A stretch of DNA of 62,457 bases, the filler included, from Chiloscyllium plagiosum (Eukaryota): assembly GCF_004010195.1 (NCBI RefSeq). It is 3 parts of one record of this genome, joined end to end, with 100 filler letters (N's around TTAATTAATTAA, not from the genome) between each part and the next. Parts side by side here need not be neighbours in the genome. Positions count along the whole stretch, not along the records: positions 1 to 27,146 come from NC_057716.1; positions 27,247 to 57,998 come from NC_057716.1; 1 more part is not named here. One strand, written 5' to 3'. Every line of letters starts with the position of its first letter. Position 1 is the first letter of the stretch. Positions 25,855 to 37,979 of this stretch are shown here, in pieces. Position numbers and translations under genes: made by a program. The notes beneath the pieces were generated by a model. It was not told the DNA's origin, did no database searches, and was given only the letters and a program-made list of their open reading frames with translations.

Positions 25855-26453
25855 ATAGAACATAGAACATAGAAGAATACAGCGCAGTACAGGCCCTTCG
25901 GCCCTCGATGTTGCGCCGATCCAAGCCCACCTAACCTACACTAGCCCACTATCCTCCATATGCCTATCCAATGCCTGCTTCAATGCCCATAATGAGGGAG
26001 AGTCTACCACTGCTACTGGCAGGACATTCCATGAAGTCACGACTCGCTGAGTAAAGAACCTACCCCTAACATCTGTCCTATACCTACCCCCCCTTAATTT
26101 AAAGCTATGTCCCCTTGTAATAGCTGACTCCATACGTGGAAAAAGGTTCTCATGGTCGACCATATCTAAACCCCTAATCATCTTGTACACCTCTATCAAG
26201 TCACCCCTAAACCTTCTTTTCTCCAATGAAAACAACCCCAAGTGCCTCAGCCTTTCCTCACACAATCTTCCTACCATACCAGGCAACATCCTGGTAAACC
26301 TCCTCTGCACCCGTTCCAGTGCCACCACATCCTTCCTATAGTATGGTGACCAAAACTGCACACAATACTCCAGATGCGGCCACACCAGAGCCTTATACAA
26401 CTGCAACATGACCTCAGTACTCCGGAACTCAATTCCTCTACCAATAAAAGCCA
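25855..26453 (-). mobile_element. CR1 LINE 3' end
   Basis: ORF 25936-26409 PHLEYCVQFWSP..LERVQRRFTRM; (TTCTATG)n tail. Confidence 0.92.
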
Positions 26454-27146
26454 GGAACTTCTACTGCCTTCCAAAGGTACACGAAGCCAACACACCAGGA
26501 TGTCCCATCATGTCGGGCAATGGGATCCTTTCTGACTGTCTCTCCGGCTACGTCAAAGGCATCTTGAAACCTATTGTACAGGGGAGCTCCAGCTTCTGTC
26601 ACGACATGACAGATTTCTTACAGAAACTCAGCACCCACGGACCAGTCGAACCGGGAACATTCCTCGTCACAATGAACGTTTCCGCACTCTACACCAGTAT
26701 CCCCCACAATGATAGCATCACGGCAACAGCCTCAGTACTCAACACCAACAACTGCTAATCTCCAAACACCACCTACAACTCATCCGCTTTATCCTCGATC
26801 ACAACATCTTCACCTTTGACAAACAGTTCTTCATCCAGACACACGGAACAGCCATGGGGACCAAATTTGCACCCCAATATGCCAACATCTTCATGCACAG
26901 GTTCGAACAAGATTTCTTCTCTACGCAGGATCTCCAACCAACATTATACACCAAGTACATTGACGACATTTTCTTCCTCTGGACCCATGGCGAGGAGTCA
27001 CTGATAAAACTACACAGTGATATCAACAAGTTTCATCCCACCAAACTCACCATGGACTACTCTCGACTATCTGTCTCATTCTTGGACACATGCGTCTCCA
27101 TCAAGGATGGACACCTCAGCACCACACTCTACCGCAAACCCACAGA
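26454..27146 (+). pseudogene. Penelope-like reverse transcriptase fragment
   Basis: FYCLPKVH..PIMSG, LVTMNVSALYTSIP, GTAMGTKFAPQYANIFM, YIDDIF and TTLYRKPT motifs; stop and frameshifts; runs into a gap. Confidence 0.9.
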
Positions 27147-27344
27147 NNNNNNNNNNNNNNNNNNNNNNNNNNNNNNNNNNNNNNNNNNNNTTAATTAATT
27201 AANNNNNNNNNNNNNNNNNNNNNNNNNNNNNNNNNNNNNNNNNNNNGCTCTTTCTGTGAAGAGAAAAAAAAAACACCGCTGCCCGCTACCGGTAAGAAAT
27301 TTTAAAACAAACTGTCTCACCTTAGCTGCTGCTCGCACTCAAAG

Positions 27345-27632
27345 TGTGCCCAACAAGTTACACCGACCCTCCAAAGATTAACCTACCCAGACCCATTCCC
27401 TATTGCTCTACATTTCCTCTGACTAATGCACCTAACCTACATCTACACATTCCTGATCACTACGGGCAATTTAGTTTGGCCAATTCACCTAACCGGCACA
27501 TCCTTTGGACTATGGGTGAATTGACACAGACACTGGGAGAATGTGCAAACCCCACACAGTCGCCCAGTGCTGGAAACTAACCCAGGTCCCTGGTGCTATG
27601 AGGCAGTAATGTTAACCACTGAGCCATTGTGC
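27345..27632 (-). mobile_element. HE1-like SINE, diverged
   Basis: Match to 489-809. Confidence 0.7.
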
Positions 27633-27669
27633 ATTCATCTATAGCAGCTACCCAGAGTTGATAGCTCCA

Positions 27670-28810
27670 TTTGAACAGAATGGCCCATATCTACTGGAGT
27701 TTAGAGAGAATGAGAGGTGATCACATTGAAATGTATTAGATCCTGAGGGGGCTGGACTGGGTGGATACTGGGAGATGCCATCTTTTGTAGGACATACCAG
27801 AAACAGGGGATGCAATTCAAGAATAAGATGTTTTCTAATAAGGCTGGTATAAAATTATTATTTTCTGTCAGAGGCTCGATTGCCCACTGTGATTTCTTCC
27901 TCAGAAAGCAGTGGATGCTGTGTCACTGAGTTTATTCAAGGCTGAGTTTGACAGAGTTTTTAAATCAAAGTGGGGGTGGTAAGGATTTTGGAGGGGGGAG
28001 GGTGAAAAGTGGAGGTTAGGCCACAATAAAAGTCAAGTACTATCTTCTGTGGAGACGGAAACAGAATTAACATTTTGAATCTGATATGACTCTTCTTCAG
28101 AACTGTAAGGGGCTTTAAAAATCTGCAGTATTATGCAGGAACATAACTAGGCTATTCAGCTCATCAAATCTGCTCAGCCATTTGACCATGACTGATGTGT
28201 TTCTCAACCTCATTCTTCTATCTTCTCTCTGTAATCTGTGATCCACTTGCTCATCAAGAATCTACCTATTTCTGTCTTAAATATACTCAATGACTTGGTC
28301 TCCACAACCTACTGCAGTAGATTCCATAGATTCACTACCCTCTGGCTGAAGAAATTCCTCCTCATATAGTTATAAAACGTTATCCCTTCACTCTGAGGCT
28401 ATGCCCTCAGGTTCTAGTCTCTCCTATAAATGGAGAAATATTCTCCAAGTCCATTCTACCCAGGACTCTCAGTAATCAGTAAGTTTCAATGCGATTCCCC
28501 TTCATCCTTCTAAATTTTGAGTACAGACCCAGAGTCTTCAAACGCTCCTGTAATGACAAGCCCTTCATACCCATTCTTGTAAACCTCCTGCGGGCCCCCA
28601 CCAATACCAGCATATCTTTCCTTATATACGGGGCCCAAAATATTCCAAATGCAGTCTGACCAGAGATTGTGACGTGATTAGTACAGGGACCGAAGGTTAC
28701 GGGGAGAAGACAGGAGAATGTGGTTGAGAAATATATCAGCCATGATCGAATGGCTCAACAGATTTGATGGGCTGAATGGCCTCATTCTGCTGCTATATGT
28801 TTTGGTGTTA
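27670..28810. mobile_element. Old CR1 3' fragments (+ 27670-27990, - 28135-28660, + 28680-28810)
   Basis: GAATGAGAGGTGATC and GGCTGAATGGCCT tail motifs. Confidence 0.55.
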
Positions 28811-29559
28811 TGCTAACTGCTGGCTGTGGTAACAATGTTAGAAAAAAGTTGCAGAAAAACTAAAATATGAGCTGATTGGCATTTGCTTTTTCTTTATTCT
28901 TCCGTGAAATGTGGGTGTTGCTGGCAAGGCTGGCATTTATTGCGCATTCCTAGATGCCTATGAGCTGAATAACTTTGCTCAGCCATTTCAGAGTATAATT
29001 AAGAATCAACCACAAACTGTACTCTACCTTAAACCTCCACCCAAGCTGCAACACAATTAAGTTATGGAAGGTCAGGAAAGGAATAAAACCACTTAAAGAG
29101 GTGGGCAAGAATGAAATTTTCTGAAACTCACCTGCTGGAATATGAGAACAATGCTTGACTCTTGTGAGACCAGTTGCCCCAATCATGTTTCGATCTGGGG
29201 ACCCATGCGTGGTCATCACTAGACATCAACGTAGCAGCCCTGAGGGAGGTCCATTAGTTGAGTAAGGCAGCCTGACAGATTACCCAGATTGCCCATCCCA
29301 AGGTCAGAAGTCTCATTCTTGGCAATTTCAACACTGGAGTTCACCATGATAACTCGGCAATGAAGAGAGCACTTGGAAACCGTGGACTTGGAAACTACAT
29401 GAAAGCAGTCATCAATTATCAATTACAAAGAAAATAGTACGCACATTTTTGGTGTTGTGGTAGTGTCCATTCCTCTGAGCTAGGATGCCTATGTTCATGT
29501 CTGACCTGTTCCAGAGGTGTATAATAACACCTCTGAGCAAGTTGCTTGGGAAAATATCA

Positions 29560-29685
29560 AGGAGAAAGTGAGGACTGCAGATGCTGGCAAGTCAGAGTTG
29601 ATAAAGAGTGGCGCTGGAGAAAACACAGCAGGTCACATCCGAGGAGCAGGAGAGTCGATGTTTCAAGCGTAACCCCTCGTCAAGC
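29560..29685 (-). mobile_element. PLE pLTR (type A) fragment
   Basis: GGAGAAAGTGAGGACTGCAGATGCTGG..; degenerate hammerhead core. Confidence 0.65.
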
Positions 29686-30440
29686 TGTGTTTTTAACAAT
29701 GAGGAATATATCTGCAAAGCGAAATTATTGCTGTCAAAGAAGAACCTCTTTTCATAACATGGAATATTGTATCATAAAAATAAGAGTAGCATATTTTCCT
29801 GTAACTGCTTTGAAATTGTTCATACACGTGGGAAAAATTTGTTAAAAGGAATAGGAATATTTGATCTGTTAATATTTAGTTGTGTAATAATATAGAAAAC
29901 AGATGAAAAGATAATTTTATTTCATTTTAATTAGTTTTTGAGAGATTGTTCGAGAGTTTGAATTTAAAGAGGGGAATCTATTAATGTCCTGTTGTTAAGG
30001 CTTATTAATGTTGTTGTTAACATTAAGAGAAACAAGTGGTGGGTATTGATTGTCTTTGATCACATATGAATAATAGGCTTTTGTGGTGTAGTGATTGTCT
30101 CCATGTTTCTGAGACAGGAGGTTTGGGTTCAAGGCCTACCTGTTCCAGCAATGTGTCATAACATCGTTGGACAAATTGATGAAAAATATATTTTAAAAAA
30201 AGTTTGTCTAATGCTGTAACTGTCAGCCATCTAAATTTAGACCTGCTTGTTGTGCAATGGTGGTGTCTCTACCCCGGACTAGGAGGCCTGCGTTGAAGTC
30301 CCACCTGCTCCAGAAGTGTGCAATAACATCTCTGAACGGGTTGATTTGAAAAATAGGTTCAATTAAAAAAAGAATAAACTCTTGTGGAACAGTGGTAGTG
30401 TCCTGATCTCTGGTCTGGGAGACCTAGGTTCAAACCAACT

Positions 30441-30572
30441 AGGCGAAAGTGAGGACTGCAGATGCTGGAGATCAAAGTCTAGATTAGAGTGGTGCTGGAA
30501 AAGCACAGCAGGTCAGGCAGCATCCGAGGAGCAGGAAAATCAACATTTCGAGCAAAAGCCCTTCATCAGGAG
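30441..30572 (-). mobile_element. PLE pLTR (type A) fragment inserted in a tRNA-like unit
   Basis: rc CCTGATGAAGGGCTTTTGCTCGAAATGTTG. Confidence 0.7.
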
Positions 30573-31315
30573 ACTCACTCCTGATAATAATAATCTCTAA
30601 ACAGGTTAATGAGAAAAATAGATTTAATGAACAACTCTTTTGTGGTACAGTGGTTGTGTTGCTATCTCTGAGCCAGGAGGCCTGGCTTCAAGTCCTCCCT
30701 GCTCCAGAGCTGTGTGATAACATCTTTTAACAGGTCGATTAGAAAATATCTCCACATATAAATAAGATGCAAGTCAGAAGAGCTCCTCTTTGGTCTGCTC
30801 CTGGGATAGGCCATTTGGCTATTAACAGGTGCAGGCAGCAGGCTATGGACAGGTCTTGGCTGCTGACTGCCTGCCCCTCTTTCGCAGCTACATTTCGTGG
30901 CTGAGTTTTCTGAGAGAGAAAACACATGGTCTCTACCAATACTCTCCATGCCTTCCGAGAGAGCTGGGCACCACAAGGGGTAGCGTGCTTTATCTCCCTC
31001 CTCCAACTCCATTTTTATTTAGTCCCCTCCCTTTTTCCCTACCCTTTCCTCATCTTTGATGGTTTGCATTGCACTTAACGAGCTTTGGATGTAAATTATT
31101 CATTTGGAAACATGGGTTATTTACTGGTAGTGGTTAATAGATGAGAAAAAATACCACATATAAATAAAAGAGCTCTTGTGTGCAGTAGCGGTGTCCCTAC
31201 CTTTGAGTTGAAAGGACCACATTCAAGTTCCATCTGCTGCAGTGGAGAGTTCAATATATTGATGACATTTGAGCACAGAAATCTGGAGAAACTATTTGCT
31301 TTGGTAGAAGAAGTC

Positions 31316-31745
31316 CTGCTGAAGGGCTTTAACCTGAAATGTCGATTTTACTGCTCCTCGGATGCTGCCTAAACTGCTGTGCTCTTCCAGCACCACTAAT
31401 CCAGAATCTGGTTTCCAGCATCTGCAGTCATTGCTTTTACCTCGTTGATATTAACCCTACTGCGAATCCTCTTGCAAGGATGCCTGCCTTGAAGACGTTT
31501 TCCTCCTCTCTCTACAAGAATCTCAGGGAGTCCCTCTCCCACTGCAACACCCAGGTCACTTCCTCTGCCCTGAAGCTCTTACTCTATGCTACTTTCTCCC
31601 CACCCCCACCCTCCTCTAGCTTATCTCTCCACCCTTCAGGCTCACTGCCTTTATTCCTGATGAAGGGCTTTTGCCCGAAACGTCGATTTTACTGCTCCTC
31701 GGATGCTGCCTGAACTGCTGTGCTCTCCCAGCACCACTAGTCCAG
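31316..31745 (+). mobile_element. PLE mini-element with two tandem pLTR/hammerhead units
   Basis: Degenerate core at ~31317-31345 and intact CTGATGA-A-GGGCTTTTGCCC-GAAACGTC at 31657-31684. Confidence 0.75.
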
Positions 31746-31746
31746 A

Positions 31747-32041
31747 CGATGGCTCAGTGGTTAGCACTACTGCCTCACAGCACCGGGGTCCCAGGTTCGA
31801 TCCCAGCCTTGAACTGTGTGGAGTTTGCACATTCTCCCCGTGTCTGTGTGGGTTTGCTCCGGTTTTCTCCCACAGTCACAAAGATGTACAAGTCAGGTGA
31901 ATTGGCCATGGTAAATTGCCCATAGTGTTAGGTGCATTAGTCAGAGGGAAATGGGTATGGGCCGGTTACTCTTCGGAGGGTCGGTGTGGACTTGTTGGGC
32001 CGAAGGGCTTGTTTCCACACTGTAGGGAATCTAATTTAATC
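31747..32041 (+). mobile_element. HE1-like SINE
   Basis: Match to 489-809. Confidence 0.8.
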
Positions 32042-32358
32042 AAGAGTCAGAAACGCACATATAAACAAATAAGAGAACTCTTGTGGTGCAGTGGTATGTC
32101 ACTTCCTCTGAGCCAGGTGGTCTGAATTCAAGTTCCACCTGCTCCAGATGTATGTAAAAACATCACTGAACAAGTTGATAAGAAAATATCCAGAGGGTTC
32201 TTATGCAGCAGTAGCGTCCCATCTCTGAGCCAGAAGGCCTGAGTTCAAATCCTGAGTGCCTAAGACATATATTTGAAAAGGCTGGTATAAGAAATAGGTA
32301 TAAAATTAAGGTGCAGTGGTACTGTCCATACCTCTGATCTAGGAATCCTGGGTTCAAG

Positions 32359-32572
32359 AGCTGAAAATGTATTGCTGGAAAAGCGCAGCAGATCAGGCAG
32401 CATCCAAAGAGTAGGAGAATCGACGTTTTGGGCATGAGCCCTTCTTCAGGATTCCTGAAGAACTCATGCCCGAAACATCGATTCTCCTGCTCCTTGGATG
32501 CTGCCTGACCTGCTGCGCTTTTCCAGCAACACATTTTCAGCTCTGATCTCCAGCATCTGCAGTCCTCACTTT
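32359..32572. mobile_element. Palindromic PLE pLTR pair
   Basis: ~90-bp inverted arms centred near 32452; 14-bp TSD ATCCTGGGTTCAAG (32345-58, 32573-86). Confidence 0.85.
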
Positions 32573-33944
32573 ATCCTGGGTTCAAGTCCCACCTGCCCAA
32601 AAAATGTGTAATAGCATTGCTGAACAGGTTGATTAGTAAATATCCACACATTACTAAGGGAAAGCATCTTGTGGTAAAGTGGTAGTGTCCCTCTCAGTGG
32701 GTTCAAGTAGGTTGTTTAAACAACTAACAATGAAGGAAAGCATGGAAGATGGGATGGCGGGGATGTGGTCGGACGAGAATGGTAACACTGAGAAATTGTT
32801 CAAACTCTCAACACAAAGTAATGTATCTTGGTTTCCATCTTAGCAACTGGTTTGGTATTAACAGGAGTCTCTGTGAGAAAACCCAGGAAGATATGCAAGA
32901 TCTTACAAGAGGAACAGGGGAGATATCCACCTATATCTGAGCCACTATTCTGAACTAAAACCTATTATCTGTTAATTATTTCAGTGTTCTTTGCTAGAAT
33001 TTGCTGGATGCAGAAATTAGTTGCTGTTTTACACCATGGACAGAGAGTCCTACACACGGAGACAGGCCATTTGGCACATGCCGACCAAAGTTTCATCCAC
33101 GCTAACCCCATTTCCCTGCACTTGGCCCATATCCTACTAATCCTTCTAGGGAGACAGATAGGAAGTTCTGTGGAGATGAGAGAGACTCACGGTTGGTGTG
33201 TTGCCTCCCAGGTGCCCAGGGTTCGTGATGTCTCTGATCGTGTTTTTGGGATCCTTAAGGGGGGGGGGGGGGAACAGCCCCAAGTCGTGGTCCACATAGG
33301 CACTAACGACATTGGTGGGAAGAGAAATTCAGGGAGCTAGGATGGAAGCTTAGAGCTAGGACGAACAGAGTTGTTGTCTCTGGTTTGTTGTCCGTGCCAC
33401 GTGCTAGTGAGGCAAGGAATAGGGAGAGAGAGGAGTTGAACACGTGGCTGCAGGGATGGTGCAGGAGGGAGGGTTTTGGATTGTTGGATAATTGGAGCTC
33501 TTTCTGGGGTAGGTGGGACCTCTGCAAGCAGGATGGTCTTCATCTGAACCAGAGGGGTACCAATATCCTGGGGGGGGGGAGATNNNNNNNNNNNNNNNNN
33601 NNNNNNNNNNNNNNNNNNNNNNNNNNNNNNNNNNGAGACATGGATAGAGCAGGGACAGGAATGGTTGTTGCAGGTTCCAGGATTTAGGTGTTTCAGTAAG
33701 AACAGAGAAGATGGTAAAAGAGGGGGAGGTGTGGCATTGTTGGTCAAGGACAGTATTACAGTTGTAGAAAGGATGTTTGAGGACTCGTCAACTGAGGTAG
33801 TATGGGCTGAGGTTAGAAACAGGAAAGAAGAGGTCACCCTGTTGGGAGTTTTCTATAGGCCTCCGAGTAGTTCCAGAGATGTAGAAGAAAGGATAGCAAA
33901 GATGATTCTTAATAGGAGTGAGAGAGACAGGGTAGTTGTCATGG

Positions 33945-34055
33945 GGAGAAAGTGAGGGCTGCAGATGCTGGAGATCAGAGCTGAAAATGTGTTGCTGGAA
34001 AAGCGCAGCAGGTCAGGCAGCATCCAAGGAACAGGAGAATCGACGATTCAGGCGG
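33945..34055 (-). mobile_element. PLE pLTR fragment inside the CR1 endonuclease domain
   Basis: Splits the VVMG|DFN motif. Confidence 0.75.
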
Positions 34056-35748
34056 GCCTTCAACTTTCCAAATATTGACTGGAAACACTATAGTATGAGT
34101 ACTATAGATGGGTCAGTTTTTGTCCAGTGTGTGCAGGAGGGCTTCCTGACACAGTATGTAGACAGGCCAACAAGGGGCGAAGCCACATTAGATTTGGTAC
34201 TGGGTAATGAGCCCGGCCAAGTGTTAGACTTGGAGGTAGGTGAGCACTTTGGTGATAGTGATCACAATTCTGTTGTTTACTTTAGTGATAGAAAGGGATA
34301 GGTGTATACCACTGGGCAAGAGTTACAACTGGGGGAAAGGAAATTACGATGCGATTAGGCAAGGTTTAGGAAGCATAGGATGGGGAAGGAAACTGCAGGG
34401 GATGGGTACATTAGAAATGTAGAGCTTATTCAAGGAAAAGCTCCTGAGTGTCCTAGATAAGTATGTACCTGTCAGGCAGGGAGGAAACTGTAGAGCACGG
34501 GAGCTGTGGTTTACGAAGGAAGTGGAATCTCTGGTCAAGAGGAAGAAGAAGGCTTATGTTAGGATGAGATGTGAAGGCTCAGATAGGGCACTTGAGGGTT
34601 ACAAGGTAGCCAGGAAAGACCAAAAGAGAGCTCAGAAGAGCCAGGAAGAGACATGAGACGTTGTTGGCGGATAGGATCAGGGTAAACCCTAAGGCTTTCT
34701 ATAGGTATTTAAGGAATAAAAGAATGACGAGAGTAAGATTAGGGCCAATCAAAGACAGTAGTGGGAAGTTGCATGAGGAGTCAGAGGAGATAGGGGAATC
34801 ACTAAATGAATATTTTTCGACAGTATTCACTCTAGAAAACGACAATGTTGTCGAGGAGAATACTGAGATACAGGCTACTAGACTGGGTAGGATTGAGGTT
34901 CACAAGGAAGAGGTATTAGAAATCCTGCAGAGTATGAAAATAGATAAGTCCTCTGGGCTGGATGGGATTTATCCTAGCATCCTCTGGGAAGCCAGGGAGG
35001 AGATTGCCGAGCCTTTGGCATTGACCTTTAAATCGTCATTGTCTACAGGAATAGTGCCAGAAGACTGGAGGATAGCAAATGTGGTTCTCCTGTTCAAGAA
35101 GGGGAGTAGAGACAATCCTGGTAATTATAGACCAGTGAGCCTTACTTCAGTTGTTGGTAAAGTGTTGGAAAAGGTTATAAGAGATAGGATTTATAATCAT
35201 CTCGAAAATAATAATTTGATTAGGGATAATCAGCACGGTTTTGTGAAGGGTACGTTGTGCCTCACAAACCTTATTGAGTTCTTTGAGAAAGTGACCAAAC
35301 AGGTAAATGAGAGTAAACCGGTTGATGTTGTGTATATGGATTTCAGCAAGGCATTCGATAAGGTTCCCCACAGTAGGCTATTGTACAAAATGCGGAGGAA
35401 TGGGATTGTGGGAGATATAGCAGTTTGGATCAGTAATTGACTTGCTGAAAGAAGACAGAGGGTAGTGGTTGATGGGAAATGTTCATCCTGGTGTCCATTA
35501 CTAGTGGTGTACCGCAAGGGTCGGTGTTGGGTCCATTGCTGTTCGTCATTTTTATAAACGACCTGGATGAGGACGTAGAGGGTGGGTTAGTAAATTTGCA
35601 GACGACACTAAGGTCGATGGAGTTGTGGATAGTGACGAAGGATGTTGTAGGTTATAGAGAGACATAGATAAGCTGCAGAGTTGGGCTGAGAGGTGGCAAA
35701 TGGAGTTTAACGCGAACAAATGTGAGGTGATTCACTTTGGTCGGAGTA

Positions 35749-36028
35749 ATGCCAGAGACCCGGGTTCAATTCCTGCCTCAGGCAACTGACTGTGTGGAGT
35801 TTGCACATTCTCCCCGTGTCTGCGTGGGTTTCCTCCGGGTGCTCCGGTTTCCTCCCACAGTCCAAAGATGTGCAGGTTAGGTGAATTGGCTATGCTAAAT
35901 TGCTCGTAGTGTTTGGTGAGAGGGTAAATGTAGGGGAATGGGTTTGGGTGGGTTGCTCTTCGGAGGGTTGGTGTGGACTTGTTGGGCCGAAGGGCCTGTT
36001 TCTAAACTGTAAGTAATCTAATCTAATC
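35749..36028 (+). mobile_element. HE1-like SINE (5'-truncated) inside CR1
   Basis: Match to 489-809. Confidence 0.85.
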
Positions 36029-36773
36029 TTTAACTGGAATGCAAAGTACTGGGCTAATGGTAAGATTCTTGGTAGTGTAGATGAGCAGAGAGATCTCGGT
36101 GTCTAGGTACACAGATCCTTGAAAGTTGCCACCCAGGTTGACAGGGTTGTTAAGAAGGCATACAGTGTTTTAGCTTTTATTAATAGAGGGATCGAGTTCC
36201 GGAACCATGAGATTATGCTACAGCTGTACAAAACTCTGGTGCGGCCGCACTTGGAATATTGTGTACAGTTCTGGTCACCGCATTATAAGAAGGATGTGGA
36301 AGCTTTGGAAAGGGTGCAGAGGGGATTTACTGGGATGTTGCCTGGTATGGAGGGAAGGTCTTACGAGGAAAGGCTGAGGGACTTGAGGCTGTTTTCGTTA
36401 GAGAGAAGAAGGTTGAGAGGTGACTTAATGAGACATGTAAGATAATCAGAGGGTTAGATAGGGTGGACAGGGAGAGCCTTTTTCCAAATATGGAGAAGGC
36501 GAGCACGAGGGGGCATAGCTTTAAATTGAGGGGTGATAGATATAGGACAGATGTCAGAGGTAGTTTCCTTTACTTAGAGAGTAGTGAGGGTATGGAATGC
36601 TTTGCCTGCAACGGTAGTAGATTCGCCAACTTTAAGTACATTTAAGTCGTCATTGGACAAGCATATGGACGTACATGGAATAGTGTAGGTTAGATGGACT
36701 TCAGATTGGTATGACAGGTCGGTGCAACATCGAGGGCCGAAGGGCCTGTACTGCACTGTAATGTTCTATGTTG

Positions 36774-37495
36774 TAATCCTTTCCTGTCCATGTATTTGGC
36801 CAAACGCCTCTTAAATGTTGTTAATCTACCCACCTCAACTACTTCCACTGACAGCTCATTCCATATGCATACCACTGTTTGTGTAAAAACGTTGTCCCCA
36901 CACCACCCAGGTTCCCTTTTATTCTTTCCCCTCGAAATTTAAACTGATGCCCTCTAATCCTTGAGTCTCCAAATCCCTGGCAAAAAGACTGAGTGTATTC
37001 AACCTCTCATGATCTTATACACTTTTATAAGATCCCCCCTCAGTCTCCTATGCTCCGAATCTCTAGCTTGTCCCACCTCTCCCTATAACTCAGACGGTTG
37101 AGTCCTGGCAACATTCTTGTAAATTTCTTCTGCACTCTTCCCCGTTTAATAACATCCTTCTGACAGCAAGGTGACCAAAACTGAACACAGTACTCCAAGT
37201 GTGGACTCACCAGTGCCCTATACAGCTGCAACATAACTTCCTAACTTTTATACTCAGTGTCCTGACTGATAATGGCCAGTGAGCCACAAGCTTTCTTCAT
37301 TGCCCTGTCTACCTGTTACTCTACTTTCAGAGAACTGTGCACCTGAACTCCAAGGTCCCTCTGTTCCATGACACTCTTTAACGCCCTCCCAATCACCATG
37401 AAAGTCCTACTTTGATTTGACTTTCCAAAATGCAAAACCTTACACTTATCTATTTTAAATTCCACTTGCCATTTCTCAGCCCACTTCCCCTTGGT
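36774..37495 (-). mobile_element. Older CR1 3' portion (its tail lies at ~33040-33145)
   Basis: PHLEYCVQFWSP and KCKVLHFGK motifs; continuous across the TSD of the younger CR1. Confidence 0.85.
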
Positions 37496-37605
37496 CACAC
37501 TTCAAAAGTGATTGGAATTGGTCAGTGGTCTTAAAAGGTGCTATATCAATGCAAGCTATGTAATTTGATTGCCAGGCTATAAAATCAGTACTTTTGGAGT
37601 TGTTT

Positions 37606-37700
37606 TAATCGACCCTTTCAGACATGTGTTAACATAGCCTGGGACAGGTGGGACTTCAACTCAGATCTTCTGGCCCTGAGGTGGGGCACTGCCACTGCAC
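37606..37700 (-). repeat. Isolated copy of the tRNA-like unit of the 29.4-32.7 kb cluster
   Basis: rc GTGCAGTGGCAGTGCCCCACCTCAGGGCCAGAAG..TTGAAGTCCCACCTG..GGTCGATTAAA. Confidence 0.6.
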
Positions 37701-37979
37701 TTTTCGATAGTGTTGAACGAACAGGATTTGTTTCTGGGATAGCTCACTAATTAACCTGTTGACATCTCCGACCTGTGCTAAGAACTATTGCCTCTTAATC
37801 GTATACTTCTCCAACATAGAATTTGCCAACCCTTCCAGAATGCCTGGGATTGTTCCAGAATGGACAAATCAAACTCACGGCCACCACAGGTGGGACCCAG
37901 GTGGGAAAGTATTTTCATGGTCCTGTTTTGGGCCTGTGAGAAATGGAGAATGTTACATTATGTTTCTGCTGACTTCAAC

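Larger units (their letters stand above)
29447..32712 (+). repeat. Cluster of ~10 decayed ~110-130-bp tRNA-like (A/B box) units
   Basis: Approximate consensus CTTGTGGTGCAGTGGTAGTGTCCCTACCTCTGAGCCAGGAGGCCTGGGTTCAAGTCCCACCTGCTCCAGA..AACATCTCTGAACAGGTTGATTAGAAAATATC at ~29447, 30078, 30246, 30379, 30635, 31172, 32078, 32199, 32309 and 32668. Confidence 0.75.
33146..36773 (+). mobile_element. Long CR1 LINE: ORF1 esterase (SGNH-like) remnant plus APE-RT ORF2 pseudogene
   Basis: ORF1 VVVHIGTNDIG and DGLHLN; ORF2 [37 protein letters not shown] and FADDT; 8-bp TSD TAATCCTT (33138-45, 36774-81). Confidence 0.93.

Noticed and set aside
27191..27202. TTAATTAATTAA palindrome (also at 58043-58054)
   Set aside because: Identical 12-mer embedded within N runs: a scaffolding gap marker, not biology
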